64,000 nt of DNA from Hormiphora californensis (lineage: Eukaryota; Animalia; Ctenophora), in NCBI GenBank assembly GCA_020137815.1, contig CM035356.1, positions 4,092,001 to 4,156,000 of the forward strand, in the 5' to 3' direction. Of this stretch, positions 1-23,653 are shown in pieces; position 1 is the first letter of the stretch; every line of letters starts with the position of its first letter. The position numbers were made by a program, and so were the translations under genes. The notes under the pieces were generated by a model. That model did not search any database. It was not told the origin of the DNA and saw only the letters and a list, made by a program, of their open reading frames with translations.

Positions 1-565
1 CTGTCCAATACCAGCCGCGTTTACCACAAATAAAACCATTTCTTCAATTCCACCTAGCACCCTTTGTCCCCAATCTATACCAATACAAAACAATGACACA
101 CTTAATTTTGTTTTACAATTTTAAATTTTCGGAATAACACAAGAAGGCCAATCATAGCAGCTACAAATGTGCCCCGTTTTGACGGCTAGATTCTAGCCAG
201 CACAAGACTCACTGTTATTAACAGCTGGTGACTTTTTGGACTTTAAATTGGCACAAAAAGAGACCTCTCACGCAACTAATACCGACAAAAAGAACTGAAA
301 TCTAACATCCAGTTTATGAATAGTTTATGCATTGTCCAATTTGTAGGTACCCGACCCTTCTCTCTTGAAAGCGAAGACGGGCATGTCAAACTTGACAAAT
401 AATCATAGTTGTTTCCGTCTGTGCCAAACTGATAAAATACCAGTCACCGACTGCTAATAACTGTCCTTTCACCACAACAGCTCCAAAACTAGTTGAGTAG
501 GGATACGGATGTCGAATGGCATCAAATGGGTTACTCCTCCAAAAAAGTGTCTCGTGTGATCAACT

Positions 566-1357
566 TTAGGCCCTGGAAATTTCGCCTGCAGATCCCTTCA
601 CTTCCTGCAAATAAAAATAAAGGTGAGGAAATGAAAAAAAGTTGTTTGTGGGGACCAAATGTGGGGCCCATCGGATGATAAAGAGGGCAAACGTAAATTA
701 TAGAAAAAATTCCTAGCTGTGAAACGTATTGTCCCAGTTTATCAAATCTATTTTCTAGTTTCTCTAGTTTACCTCAAGAGTTGTTATGTTCTAAGCCTGA
801 TCGTGATCGTGAAACACAGTCTAGCTAAGCAACTCAAGAGCTCAAGGCTCAACCAATAAATTGGGGCAATAACCTACCTGTGCTTCTTGGACCAAAGCAA
901 GAAGTCCACAGCACCATAATGTGAGAATATCGTTCAACATATCGCCCTGAGGGTGAGATAACGTTATTTTCTAACCCTCTTTTACATTTGCGGTGAGACA
1001 GGGTTAGAAGGCACCATCTCATACAATTGGGGGGGGATAATTGCCAATTATTAATATTAATTGGTCTCTCACTCTCTGAACTAAATCAAATAGGCAATAT
1101 TAAACAATTCGTATAGTACCTCCATAGTACCTCATTACCTCAATTCCTCGGGACTCTCGGATGTTCTTCCTCATCATAATTCGAAGGTAGATGTTGTAGC
1201 AGGGAACAAACATGAAAAGTCCTCCAAGGAAGCAGCTTTCAACTAATCCAGCCGCAACAGCATTTTCTCCAAAAGTGACACAGGGAAAGAACATAGTGAT
1301 TGCCAAAGTTCCGATGTCATCAAAACATCCACAAATTCCGTGTTTCCATTCAGCCAT
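566..1357 (-). CDS. PLAC8/cornifelin-family Cys-rich protein, 108 aa, 3 exons (1139-1357, 878-946, 566-604)
   Basis: Splices GT-AG in phase to MAEWKHGICGCFDD...FFPCVTFGENA...RKNIRESRGIE|GDMLNDILTLWCCGLLALVQEAQ|EVKGSAGEISRA*. WxxGxCGCFDD, CxxFG and CC..LVQE are PLAC8 motifs. Confidence 0.9.
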
Positions 1358-2850
1358 GATTCGCAGTTATTTCTATGAAAATTATAAAAGATGTTTTTAC
1401 AATCTAACATTTACATAAACATGATAAAAGTCAGCCACTGACAAATTGAGGTAAAATCCCGGTAAAATTAATTAGGGTAATCAGTAGTAGCGAAACATGA
1501 AACTGAAGAATGCACACACTCGCATGTTTATTGTTTAGTTCAAAGCTACCTCGAAAGTCGACAGTGGATGGGAGAAGTCAGGGAAGGCGGGATGCCGCTG
1601 GAATTCCTGTTGCCATGATCATCTTCCTCCGCAAGCAATTTGATTCTGGTGAATGTTTAGTTAGTGCGCGCCGCGCATCTCGGGAGGAAACCAATAATTC
1701 CGCGCGTTACATACAGAATTCAGTTAAGTTATTAAACGCCAAACATTAGCAGGCTCAGATCGGGTCGGCGCCGCCAGACAGGGCGCCACCAATAGTGGCA
1801 CCAGACAGGCTCTATACCAAGTAAATATCGTTGATGACCATTGTCCAATTCCATGATACCGAAGACAGTAAAAATCGTTTATTTTGGGGGAGGTAATACA
1901 AACTAATCTTATGATACAAAATTTACAATAGTGAAACAACAGTGTACTTCCTCTATCTATCGTTTTGACTCAACCAAGACCGTCTTTTGTGGAAGACATG
2001 TGACACCATCAGTGTCCCTAGTGCATCTAGAAGTTTTGACATGTCTCTCACTCAGTCTCACTCTCTATCAACTATTGAAAAGACATTTGAATTCAAGAAA
2101 GACACACAAAACTTAATACCTAATGATTTGAATAGCAGGAGTTAGGAATATAATCTCCATTGATGATAAAAGGACTGTAGTTTTACTTATTATTAGCTAT
2201 AATACCTCAAATGTTGTATGTTTGACCTCTCTAACATTGTCACATTTTAAAAGTCAAATCAGAAATTAAAAACATAGCTCTCCAGTACACTCACACACTA
2301 GTACACATAAGCAGGGTAACAAACACACACACAATGACCACAGAATGATAAATTCATTCTTCAAAAAGTCAAAATCATCAGAATGTAGGTTTGCCCCGGG
2401 ATTGCCCAACTTGCATAATTCTATCCTTACTCGATCAGATTAGTGTGAGAAAGGATCGCTTGCAATTGAGCCCAGGACAAACCTGACATTTCTAGATGAT
2501 GCAAAAAACATAACCCGACATTTTTCAGGTCATCCGATCAAAACTCTCCCTACATTTTAACCTTGAACAAAAATCACGTGAACTCTGAAAGAACGACTTT
2601 CACAGTTAATCATCATTACTCTGTCTCTAGTACATCAAACTTGTAGCGGACACATCATGTCAACATCTCCCCTTGTGATGTCCTCAAATCTGTATAAATC
2701 ATCTCTCATCATCATTCTGTTGAACATTCTCTCTCTCTCTCTCACTCGCTCTCTATCTCTCTCACTCTCTCTCTCTATCTCTCTCTCTCTCACTATCTCT
2801 ATCTCTCTCACTCTCTCTCTCTATCTCTCTCACTCTCTCTCACTCTCTTT

Positions 2851-2903
<53 letters not shown>

Positions 2904-3001
2904 GGGTCACTTGAATGCAGTTCTGATTCTCTCATCACAGCTCCATGTCTCGTGCTAGATCACAAGTGGTGTAAAGCTGATTTTGGGCGAGAGAGAGGTG
3001 T

Positions 3002-12216
<9,215 letters not shown>

Positions 12217-13525
12217 ATTGCGGGAGGTATATGTATCCTGGCTGGGGTGTGGTTGTTGTAGCGGCCTTCTAACTACAGAGTCCTAGTTTGAATTAAGTTT
12301 TGTTACAAATAGCAGTGATAGCGCAAGTGTGCATCTATTCTAGTTCAAGCTAAGTGTTCTCAGCATGAAGATATAGTTACAGGAGCACTCATCCCTTAAA
12401 AAAGTAGTTCATACTACAGAGATAAAAATATATGGTCAGAACTAATTGACCATTGAGAAAATGAATTTATAACACTTCGTCGGTGTCCTTTATCATTGTA
12501 GTGGGCTCAGACGTTAGACCGGCTAATGAAACAGGAAATCGACCAGTAATGAAACAGGCACCGTAGCGATTGCTGCCGCATGTCTAGTGCATACTGTCAT
12601 CAATGACCAATCTGATTTCAGCAATTGCCAATTGCTGATAACTGATTGCATACTGAATCTTACAAAAACCGGTAAAAAAGTGCTGAAACGATCATGTTTT
12701 TGGCTAAACAAAGAGGAGGTCTGAATACACCTCATCATCAACAGACAACAATACATCTAAAATTCCGTATTAGTTAACTCGCGGCTCGCCAGTCCCCCGG
12801 GGCCCAAACCGCCCATTTTCCTGCAGGCTGCACTACCAAATACTACCCGATTTGGGGAACTGCTAGTGCTAAAAAAGCAAAGCAGTACACCAGATAAGCA
12901 TACCAAATACACACCAAGGGTGTTGACCCGTTTAAAAAGCAGGATGTGTTTGAAAACGGAAAAGCTGCAGCAGTTTTTAGTTTTGCGAAGCTCCAGCTCG
13001 GTTTCAAATCCGCCCAGGCCACGAGTTTTAACTGCGACGTAATATTCTGGACGCGCGATTTCTTTTGTTTTAACCCTGCAAAATCTAAACCGCGCGCGAG
13101 AAATCAATGCTTTTTAAAATTTGAGTTCTTGATTTTTCTTTTCTCTAAAACTTTCCCGAAATTTAGTAATCATTTTCCTTGCCTCTAAGCCCAACCTAAG
13201 TCCTAATACCTAAGTAAGCTACCTGCTACGCTTCCTCGGACTCTAAGAAAGCTTAGCTTAGGTTAAAGCATCGAGAAGGAGCACTACTGTTCAAGTTTAA
13301 GCTATTCTGCTGAAAAAGTTGTCCGCTGAAAAGGGCTGTCTTTCTAGGCCCAGCTCAACACGGGGGTCAACTTGTTACGAGATCAAGAAATTCCATTCCA
13401 CAATTGCCATGTTACATACTAATACCCTTTTAGGAAAGATATGTCAGACTGCTAACTGATCACATTGTATGTAAAGATTATCCAACCGAGAGTTCGTCGA
13501 CCAGCGTCTACCATGCGTCGAGATA

Positions 13526-15723
13526 ATGCCTAAATATGCACGAGCGGTTTACCTATTAGTTTTACTCACTTCCATCTTTTGTGTGACTGCCCTGAACCTC
13601 ACGACAGAGGAGACCCCGTCAGCCGAGCCTCAGTGCAGTCTCAATGAAACACGTAAGATATAATGGGTCACTAATGATATCCAGTAGAGTGAGTGTGTAT
13701 CAGCACCAGGAGGAGATATCACAATTACTTCCTTATATCCATTAATATTTGTATTTCCATTACAGCTTCCAAATTCCTCTTCTAATTGATGATGCTCATT
13801 TCTCTCCCCCCCCCCCCCAGTTTTCCAGTGTACAGATAAGTTTGCGTGTTGCCAGACCCAAAGTGATGCACTCGTTTGGCAGCTAACAGAAATCAAGGAC
13901 CGATTTAGTGGAGTTGAAGAGGTCATAACCGCTGACTACGCTCGCATCGAGGGTTAGTTCCACTTTTGCTTTTGCATTACTCTGTATTTTTCTGTATGTG
14001 CATTGGTTATGCAAGAGTATGGATATATGAGCGACGAAAGCATATTATATGAGAGGTTGAGATATATTTTATCAATAGGTTTGACGTAGAACATATTGTT
14101 CGATATCCCTCTCTTGTACTTAGAGCTTAAAAGGGTATCCATACCCCCCTCCCTCATAATAACCCCCCCCATAATACCCCCTCGTCCCCCTCCCCCCATA
14201 ATAACACCATCGCCCCCCTCCCTATAATACCCCCTCGTCCCCTTCCCCCATAATAACCCCCTCACCCCCTCCCCATAATATCGGTAATAACCTCCTCGTC
14301 CCTCCGCAGGTATTGTGAATGCCGGACTTAATGAGACCCTTGACACTCTTCACTCCGAATTATCGGCCAACTTTTCCCAACTCTACCCCGTTCTCAACAA
14401 CTCACTCTACCGGCTGAACCGGATTTTCCTGGGCTATGGAAAGTGGGAAGACCTATTCACAATCACACGTGCCCTTCCCCGGGACATCCTCAGAAGCATC
14501 CTCACTCGGAGTGATCAGACATATGCTATAGGATCAGAAATTAGGGGAATCAGAATTTTCTGGGACCTCGAGGAGGAACAGAGAGAGTGTGTTGTGGATT
14601 ACATGGTGGATTCGACGGGGCTGGGTGAGGTAGTACGGACAATAGCTAGTAATATGCGGAATACAACTCAGTCCATCCATGAGTATATGTCGCTCCTTGG
14701 GACCATGAAGGCTATAGTGAAGAATCTGGTGGACGCACCTCAAGCTAGGGACTGCTTCAACGAGGTAATATATCCCTTGGAAATCCTTGTAACACATCCC
14801 TAATTAATCCATATTAACCTCTATACTACACTAATTAATAGGACAACCAAGTGTGAAACATCAATAAAGTTTGCAAAGTTGTATCTTTAGTTTTGGGTTG
14901 TGTCGGATTATTGGGCAATTAGGATGACTGAGAATGAGATTTAGGACACTGAGAGCAAATGAATATGTGTTTTAGGAATGGTTAATACGTTGGTGATTGG
15001 GGTTTGTTAACTGGGGGGGGGGGGGTACCTGGGTAGTTACCATTAACCATCTAGAGGAAAATTTGGGTATAATACGCACCTTGAAGGGTGGCAGTGGAAT
15101 TGTGAGGTGTGTAAAGTTATTGGAGTAACGACCCCGGTCCCATGTTTATTCACGAGAAACCAAGCCAAGTAAGAAGTTCCTCACCCTATTCTCACACACC
15201 AAGTCTTGAGTCCCCATAGCATTCTAACACAATTGAGATCATACAATTTTTACCTGGATCTATTGTGAGATCTAATATTGAGTTGTAGTAGTTACCTGTA
15301 GTAGTACCTACACTCTCTTACTGCCCGGTACACTGGTCATTAGCAGGAAGGTCGGGAGTGATGACACTGACAATGTGGGGGTGATTATAAGGAGTTATAA
15401 TGTATAATTCCGGATAACCTGGATAATTGATGTTTTCTATTAATCACTGACAATAATTTAAGGGCCCCTTATTAAGGGGGTGAAAATAAGGGGTTATGTA
15501 TAATTCCGGATAACCTGGATAATTGATGTTTTCTAGATATCTCTGACAATGAGGGGGTGATTTTCGTGTAGATTTCCCCTCACTGGTTTACACTCACATT
15601 GACCCGGATATGGCACATAAATTTAAATGTGTGATATTATTCATAGCTTGTTTGGTATACAAGTGGTACCGGGAATTGAGAGAAAGAAAGAAAGAGAAAG
15701 GGGAGAGAGAGAGAGAAAGAGAA

Positions 15724-15811
<88 letters not shown>

Positions 15812-16030
15812 TAATACATTTCCTCAATGTGATTATCTTGCTACATGTGGTTTGAAATGATATTCAACTTTATGGCGATAAAAGAGAGAAGGAGGTATAT
15901 AGGAGATTGTAGTGTGGCAACTTGCATACAGCTCCCTCCAAGCGTCCAACATACAATTATATAAAGAGAGCGAGATAGAGAGAGAGAGAGTGTGTAGGTG
16001 CTGGCATGAACATACATACAAGATCAAGAG

Positions 16031-16074
<44 letters not shown>

Positions 16075-19000
16075 ACTCTCTTTCCCTCTCTCTCTCTCTC
16101 TCCCTATCTCTCCCTCTCTCCCCTATCTGATTCTTATATCACAGCTCTCAACGAAGCTTTCTCTGGAATCTCTCCTCTCCTTCTCAGATCTCTCATCTCT
16201 CCTCTCTCGTCCTCTATCTATCTCTCATATGCATATGTTACATCAATATCGTTATAGTATGTCAGCTGCTCCACAATCTAGAACCATCGTACTCGATGTC
16301 ACAGATCATGGGTCCTCATTCAATGATAATTCCCCGCGAGACAGCTGCTATATGACACTGTTATTGTAATAGAGCTCAGTGCCACCTGTCCATGGTAACC
16401 CATGGTTACTACACCCAGGTCACTTTCTCATGAGAGAAATATAGAAATAGAGAACAAAAACGGTAGTTAGAACAAAAAGAGAGATAATTCTCCCTTTTTT
16501 GTTCTATCTAACTCACTTTTTGTTCTCTCTTTATGTGCCGAAATATTAATATATTCCCCCGAAGCGGTGGTCATTTTTGCATTTAACCAACAGGATCGAA
16601 GCTGGCGAAAATGGTTATGCAGATGCAGGGAGAGAGTGGGGAAAGGAGGCGAGTTTTAACAAATGAAAGTTGTTAATTGGAAATAGCTAGGGTGTGTTTT
16701 TCATTTGTATAAGTGGAGGAAAGAAGGTGAGAGAACACGTGACATGTATGCCCTTATTTGGTCAACACGTGACCTGTGTGCCCTTATTTGGTCAACACGT
16801 GACCTGTATAAAATAGTCAGGGTGTGTTTTTCATTTGTTTAAGTGGAAGGAGGAGGAGGCAGGAGATTGAGGGACATGACAACGAAAGCTGAACATATTG
16901 CATTACATGTTATCGTCGCATATTTTTATGAGGTCTAAAAGAAGGAAAAGAAATAGAGAATATGGGTAGGTAGTTGGCGCTTAGCACTTGGCCGACCGTC
17001 ATGCCCGAGGTTTTCTCCTTCTGGCCAAATTCCCCATGTTAAAACCGCGACATGAGTAACTTTTTTTTGTGTGAAAATGTGAAGGAGCGGTCGGTCAATA
17101 ACTTTACTCAACAGTCAAGTTTAGAATCTGAATCTCACGACTGAAAGTCTACACTCAGAGAATAGAGCGCTCATATTATATTATCTAGAGACAACGTTGT
17201 CATGCTGCATGATTATAATATGTTCACGCACAGTGCACCTCGATGTAATAAAGAGACGATGAATTTCCACAGAAAAGCATATCTGTATAATATTTCTAAA
17301 GAAAGAAAGAAAATGAATATTGAAGAAAAACATCATATTTTGATATACCCCACCATCATAAATTTCCACAGAAAAGCATATCTGTATAATATTTCTAAAG
17401 AAGATGAAGATTGAAGAAAGATATCATATTTTGATATACCCCACCAATATATCACACTTAGCTTGGTAGTTTTGTGGTCAGTATTTTCGTAAGCAGTGAG
17501 GCCCCGTTCGAAAATTCAAAATTTGCCAACCAATTGGAAAGAAATGTCTCCCAGGATGCTGATTTTTTTAACGAGAATGCTGATTTTTACAATTCAAAAA
17601 TTTCATCTACATATTATGTGCTGAAAATTCTGCTGAAAATATAGGTGGTGCAGTGAATGTGAAAGACTGAAGAGTGAGAGAGAGAGATATCTGGGGATAT
17701 TATGTGCTGGTTGTGTGTGACAGAGAGACAGAATATGCTGGGGAATGTTCCAGTTTTGCGTAATGCACCGACAACAGTTTTCAGCACGATTTTCAGCAGA
17801 TTGGTTGAAATGGTCAGTTTTCAGCACGATTTTCAGCAGATTGGTTGAACTGGTCGCGCTGAAAAAGAGAGAGAGAGAGAGAGAGAGCCAATTCAATTGC
17901 AATGGTAATGTATGAATCTCTCTAATCTCCCCCTTTCCCCCTCTAGACTGTTGTCGGTGCACTACGCACAACTGGCGCCAACCAACACATATTCTCCATC
18001 TCCCTCCCCTCTCCCCCCTCTCTCTCTCTCTCTCTCTCTCTCATTCACACTGCTGCAGTACTGCAAGAATGTGATTGAGAGGAATTTTCAGCACATTGGC
18101 GGACTAAAATGCTGAAAATTCTGCTTATTTTAGATCAGGATGCTGCCAGTTTAATACTATAGATAGGACCAAAATTCGAACGGGGCAGTGAGGTAGAGTC
18201 TAGCCATTTACTCGTTGAATAAAACACCCGATAAGATGCTGAAGTAGGTGACGCAATGCCACCAGTGTTTGGGGGGCAGTGAAAATACTCCAACAGCTGT
18301 TAAAAAGAGGGGGGAGGGGGCCTGGTATTAGAATGGGTGTCATGTTTCCACACACACCTGTGGAAGGGGATGATAGGATCCTGGACACAGGTGTGGCGCA
18401 ACACACAACTATTCCATTGCCCCTGCAACAGCGATATAATGTTTCTTCTCTCTCCTCCTCATTGTTTCTTCTTATACCAGAATAGCATCTTGGCTCAGTG
18501 CCAAGCTAAGGCCTTTCAGAGCTCTTCGAAATATCAGGAATTCGGTATCGGGGTATCAATATTTGTAAACCCCTCCCTCGTTCTATTTTAAAACTTTGGC
18601 TGGTCTATTTGGCAGAAAGATCATCAGTTGTTCTCTGCACATGGTTGAACAATTATATAGTGGGTGTCTGTGAAAGCGTGAATCGTGATGGATCATTGAA
18701 AATGCAATAATGGGGGGTGTTTTACAGTTTACCTCAAAAAATGTTGTCGGTGGTTGATCTACCAAACCCTCACAGATTGTGCTCGTTTTTTATTAAATTA
18801 AAATATGATGTACGTGGGCCATACAGTAAAGAGGCTGCTGGCTGCATAATCCATATTTTGTAGGAGTTTGTTCTGTGTCACACTGTCACATGTGGTGGTA
18901 GCTTTATATTCTCGGGAAAGGGGCTATGACATGAATAATGTAGCGAGATAGAGAGGAAGAGATACTTAGGGATGCTATGCTTTTCTGTTTCTCAGTCTCT

Positions 19001-21386
19001 CTCTCCCTCTCTTTTTCTCTCTAACATTTAGTTAATATAATGATTACAATTAAGATTACTAAAACGATGTTCCCAGCACATTTCCCCTCCCCCAGATCGT
19101 GAAGATGCAACAATGTTCCCTATGTACCGACAGCGCTGTGTGTCCTGCCTACTATGACGCATTGGTAAGTAAATCAGTACCCCTCTAAAAACTGGTACAG
19201 TCGGACCCCGATTTACCGGAACCCCGATTTACTGAGAAGACAATCTTCCCCCGAAATGGGAAATTAACAGTATTTGACCCCGATATACCGGGCACCCCGA
19301 TTTACCGGGTAAAACCCTTGTACTTGTGAAATCTGGGAATTGCCGCCCGAAATCCGAATTTGGCTCTTACATTTCAAAATACAACCTCAACAACTAGTTT
19401 TGCGTGGTGTATGATGAAATTGTTAGGAGATTGATAAATATGTGCTTTTGCCGGGCATTGAATATCTATATTGCATGTTGGACAATGGACATATTTTCTC
19501 CCAAGAGGTGTTATTATTACAATATATTAGGATGGAAAAGACAGATATGATATTCTTGGGAACTGAAGTGTTGGTACACTATCATATTCTTGATATATTA
19601 TATCAACTTGATATTATATAAAGTGTTGCTACAATATGATATTCTTGATTTTTTCCCTGCCCGGGTGAATGCCGAAGGCATTCACCCGGATGCCTTTTTA
19701 CTTTGTAAAAAGGCATAGCAGGGTTAGAATTCGAAAACGACATTTTGGTATACTAACTAATCGGTAGAGGGACATTTTTTGGTCACACTTTCGTTGCGAG
19801 GGCAACGGTGTAGCAACTAGAGCCGCGCGCACAGTGACGAGCTACTCCTTCATCAAACACCTCATTGGCACAGTTTCATGGACGTGTGTGCGCGCGCCAC
19901 TCAACAAAACATGAAATGCTCTGCCGCGCGTTTCGCGTGTTACATACACATTTTCATCTTGCGAGTCGAGTGTGAGATGTTAGATAAGTAGTTAAGTTGG
20001 AATGTCAAAAGCTGGTTAGCAAGTATCATGTGATTGGGAGTTAGCTAACTCTAAGCTATGTGAGAAGTATACTGACAGCTAGATCGTATGCATCTCACAT
20101 TACATTATGACCAAGCCTTGATCCTGTTGGCAGTGACAATGTCACTGACATGTGAAACGGTAGGGCAGGGAAACACAGCATTATGAATACATAATGCAAT
20201 AATTCTTGTTGGTAGCTTTGTAACAACGGTCAAGAATAGCAACAGCGGTTGCTATGGCGATAATATCTCCTTCCTAGCACCAACACACACCCTCGTAAAC
20301 GATAAAAGTAGAAAGACAGACCCCCTCTCCTTCAGATATCCATGTTCCCCCTCATAGTTTGTAACCTTCCCTCCCTCTCCCTTTCAGTTATCCATGTTCA
20401 TTGTTCCCCCGCCCCACACAGTTACTAAAAACCCCCCTCCTCTCCAGTCTCCCCCTCAGCTCCTAACCCCCCTCCTCTCCAGTCTCCCTTCAGTTCCTAA
20501 CCCCCTTCTCCCCCCCAGCTATCCATGTTATTGTTCCTAACCCCCCTCTCTCCCCTCCAGTTATCCATGTTATTGTTCCTAACCCCCATCTCCCATTCAG
20601 TTATCACAGTGTGTACCACAGCTTGAGGAACTGTACGCTAGATGGGATAGTCTGATGGGGGCCATGTCACAGCTAACACTCAGACTGTGTAACAATTCCC
20701 CTCATGACGCATACAATCATACCCTCCTGTTAGCAGACTTTATTACTACTGGCCGACTTAATCAGATGATATACCGTCATGGTGTTTTGGTGAGTAATTA
20801 ATGGTGTTTCTTAGTGGGTAATTAGTAATTAATGGTGTTTTGGTGAGTAATTAGTAATTAATGGTGTTTTGGTGAGTAATTAGTAGTGTTTTGGCGAGTA
20901 ATTAATGGTGTTTCTTGGCAAGTTATTAAAAGAATTAAGGGAGCTTGCTGAGGGGGGGGGGGGAGGTAATGTTCTTCAAACGTCTAAATATTAACTCGGT
21001 TTGAGACCTTCATTTCACGTCATTGCTGCCCATAGACTCATTATACTGAAATCTCTCACTGCTACTACGCACGATCATACTTGGATAGAGTGAGTGAGAG
21101 AGAAAGAGAGAAAAGGGATGCGAGAGAGATACTTTGAAAATGAGGTGGGAACAAACCGGTAGTGGGGGAGAGAGAGCGAGAGAGAGAGCGAAAAATAAAT
21201 GAGCTGGAACAGCTGTGTGTACACATGTGCGTGCAAGATATTACTGGAGACAAGATGATCATGATGAGTCGCAGCGAGAGAGAGAGATGAGGAAGAGAGA
21301 GAGAGAGGTTGAGAAGAACTGAGAGAAGGGAGCGAGATAGAGCGATGAGCAAGAGAGAGAGAGAGGTAGAGAGGAACCGAGAAAAG

Positions 21387-21430
<44 letters not shown>

Positions 21431-22494
21431 GCCACCCATAGAGCAATGATTCATAGGCGGCAATAATAGATCTGACAAAGACAGATCAGAAGTAGATCTC
21501 GAGAGAATGCCAACGTCAGACTTTTCTCAGAGAAAACGAGAGAGAGCCATGTCTACTGTAGCAATATATATTTAGTTACTCTTAATTCAAATTCAAAAGA
21601 TTGATTAGCCAACTTGCAAGCTGTACAACCAATCTTTTGTACTCAACGTACATCTCATGTCATGATGACTCCTGCATACATACCATGTCTGGTTGTAGCC
21701 TGTAAATAAGATGTGTTGCCACAATTTGTGTGTTGTTTATCTTAACACGCACTCATGAATGAATTCACACCTTATGTTTATTGCCAGTATGACGGCGAAG
21801 AATCAGTGTGATTTAAAGTTATGTATTTGACCTTTTGAAAAGATCAAAGAAAAAGTAACTTAGTGGTGGTGACAGTGCTCGACAGAAAAAGTAGAATTCT
21901 GAACAGTGATCTCATTTCATCCTGAATATAATTCTTTGACAATGAATGGATCGACATTTTAAAATGGGGGGGGGGGATAAAATTCAAAGGGATTTCGGTT
22001 GACGATTCCCTCGCCGCTCTATTGCATAATTGTTCTGAGATATTTTATGGCTGTAAAAAAGATCCTATACCTACCGCGGAACCCGTCACACAATATGAAC
22101 CCATATCATATAATACCTATGCTGTATCACTTGGTAGTATGTACAATGTAGCAACTTAGTGAAAGAGTCAAGTGCATCTAGTGGGTTTCTGCTTCTGATA
22201 AGATGATGAGGTCACGATGGAATACTATATTATACATTTATCAGACTTTATCCCCACTTTATCTTTTCACTCTTTATTACTCTTCATCCGGCTGAATAGC
22301 ATCACCATATATATTTCACTTTGAACTTTCAACGAAAACACTTCATTTTTCGAACAAAAGAAGCTGTTCAATCCAATCATGCCGCGATCTTCATCTTCGC
22401 TACAATACCCCCTCTCTCTCTGTCTATCTATCTCACACACACACTCTCTCTCTCTCTCTCTCTCTACCTATCTCTATCTATCTCTCTCTATCTA

Positions 22495-22592
<98 letters not shown>

Positions 22593-22595
22593 TCT

Positions 22596-22679
<84 letters not shown>

Positions 22680-23616
22680 ATCTCTATCTCTCTCTCACTC
22701 GAATAATGCAACAACGAATATAATTCTGCTCATTAAATCCAATATGAGGGCCACAGTTTTCAATATCAATGAATATTAATATAATATTGAATATTCAGTT
22801 TCTTGGAATTTTGTTGAACCTTTCTACTCTTTAAAAAGGCACTTTCTCCCACTTTCTCGGGGGCGGGGGGGGGGGCTTTACCACTTTATAGATCGTGTTC
22901 AACTCACTGACCCTATAATATGATTTTGACCACCTCTCTCAAATCATGTTGGCTTTGTTACCCAGTATACAATGCTCATCTTTTATAAAAGTTGTGTCCA
23001 ACAAAGGCTGTGCCCTAGCTCTCTCTCCCTCTATCTCGAGTTTTTTTTTGGGACTCCCCTTTTCCTTTTTCCCCTCTTTATATTTCCCTCCTTTTTCTCT
23101 CTTTGCATCCCCCTTTATTTAATTTTTCCAACGATTTTCGAAAACATTTTAAATTTCTCCCCACCCCCACGTACTTTATACGCACAAAAAAAAAAATTAC
23201 AAAGTATCCCATCCAGGGTTGTCGGAGCAGGGGGGGGGGGGGGGGGGGGGGTGGGTCCTTGCAGTGGGTGCCGGAGGGGAGGGGGGGGGTGGGGGGATCA
23301 CTCTGCCTGGCATGTATTACTTGATACCACATTTAACAAACCAACAAGTAAGCACACACAGCAGTGGATGTGTGTACATGTGTGTGTATGTGGTAGATCG
23401 ACATTTATTAGGTATTTAATGTGTAAACTATGGCGTTTGTAGGAATGTATGTTGCTATACTGGTAGTTGTGGTGGAGATGAAGAGAGATAGAGAGATGGA
23501 AAGATAGAGATAGAGAGATGGAAAGATGATCTGCTAGCCTATCGTGCTACTACCACGCCTACCACTGTTGAACTAGAAAAACTTAGAACCTTACATTAGG
23601 GCACGTGCTTCCAACA

Positions 23617-23653
<37 letters not shown>

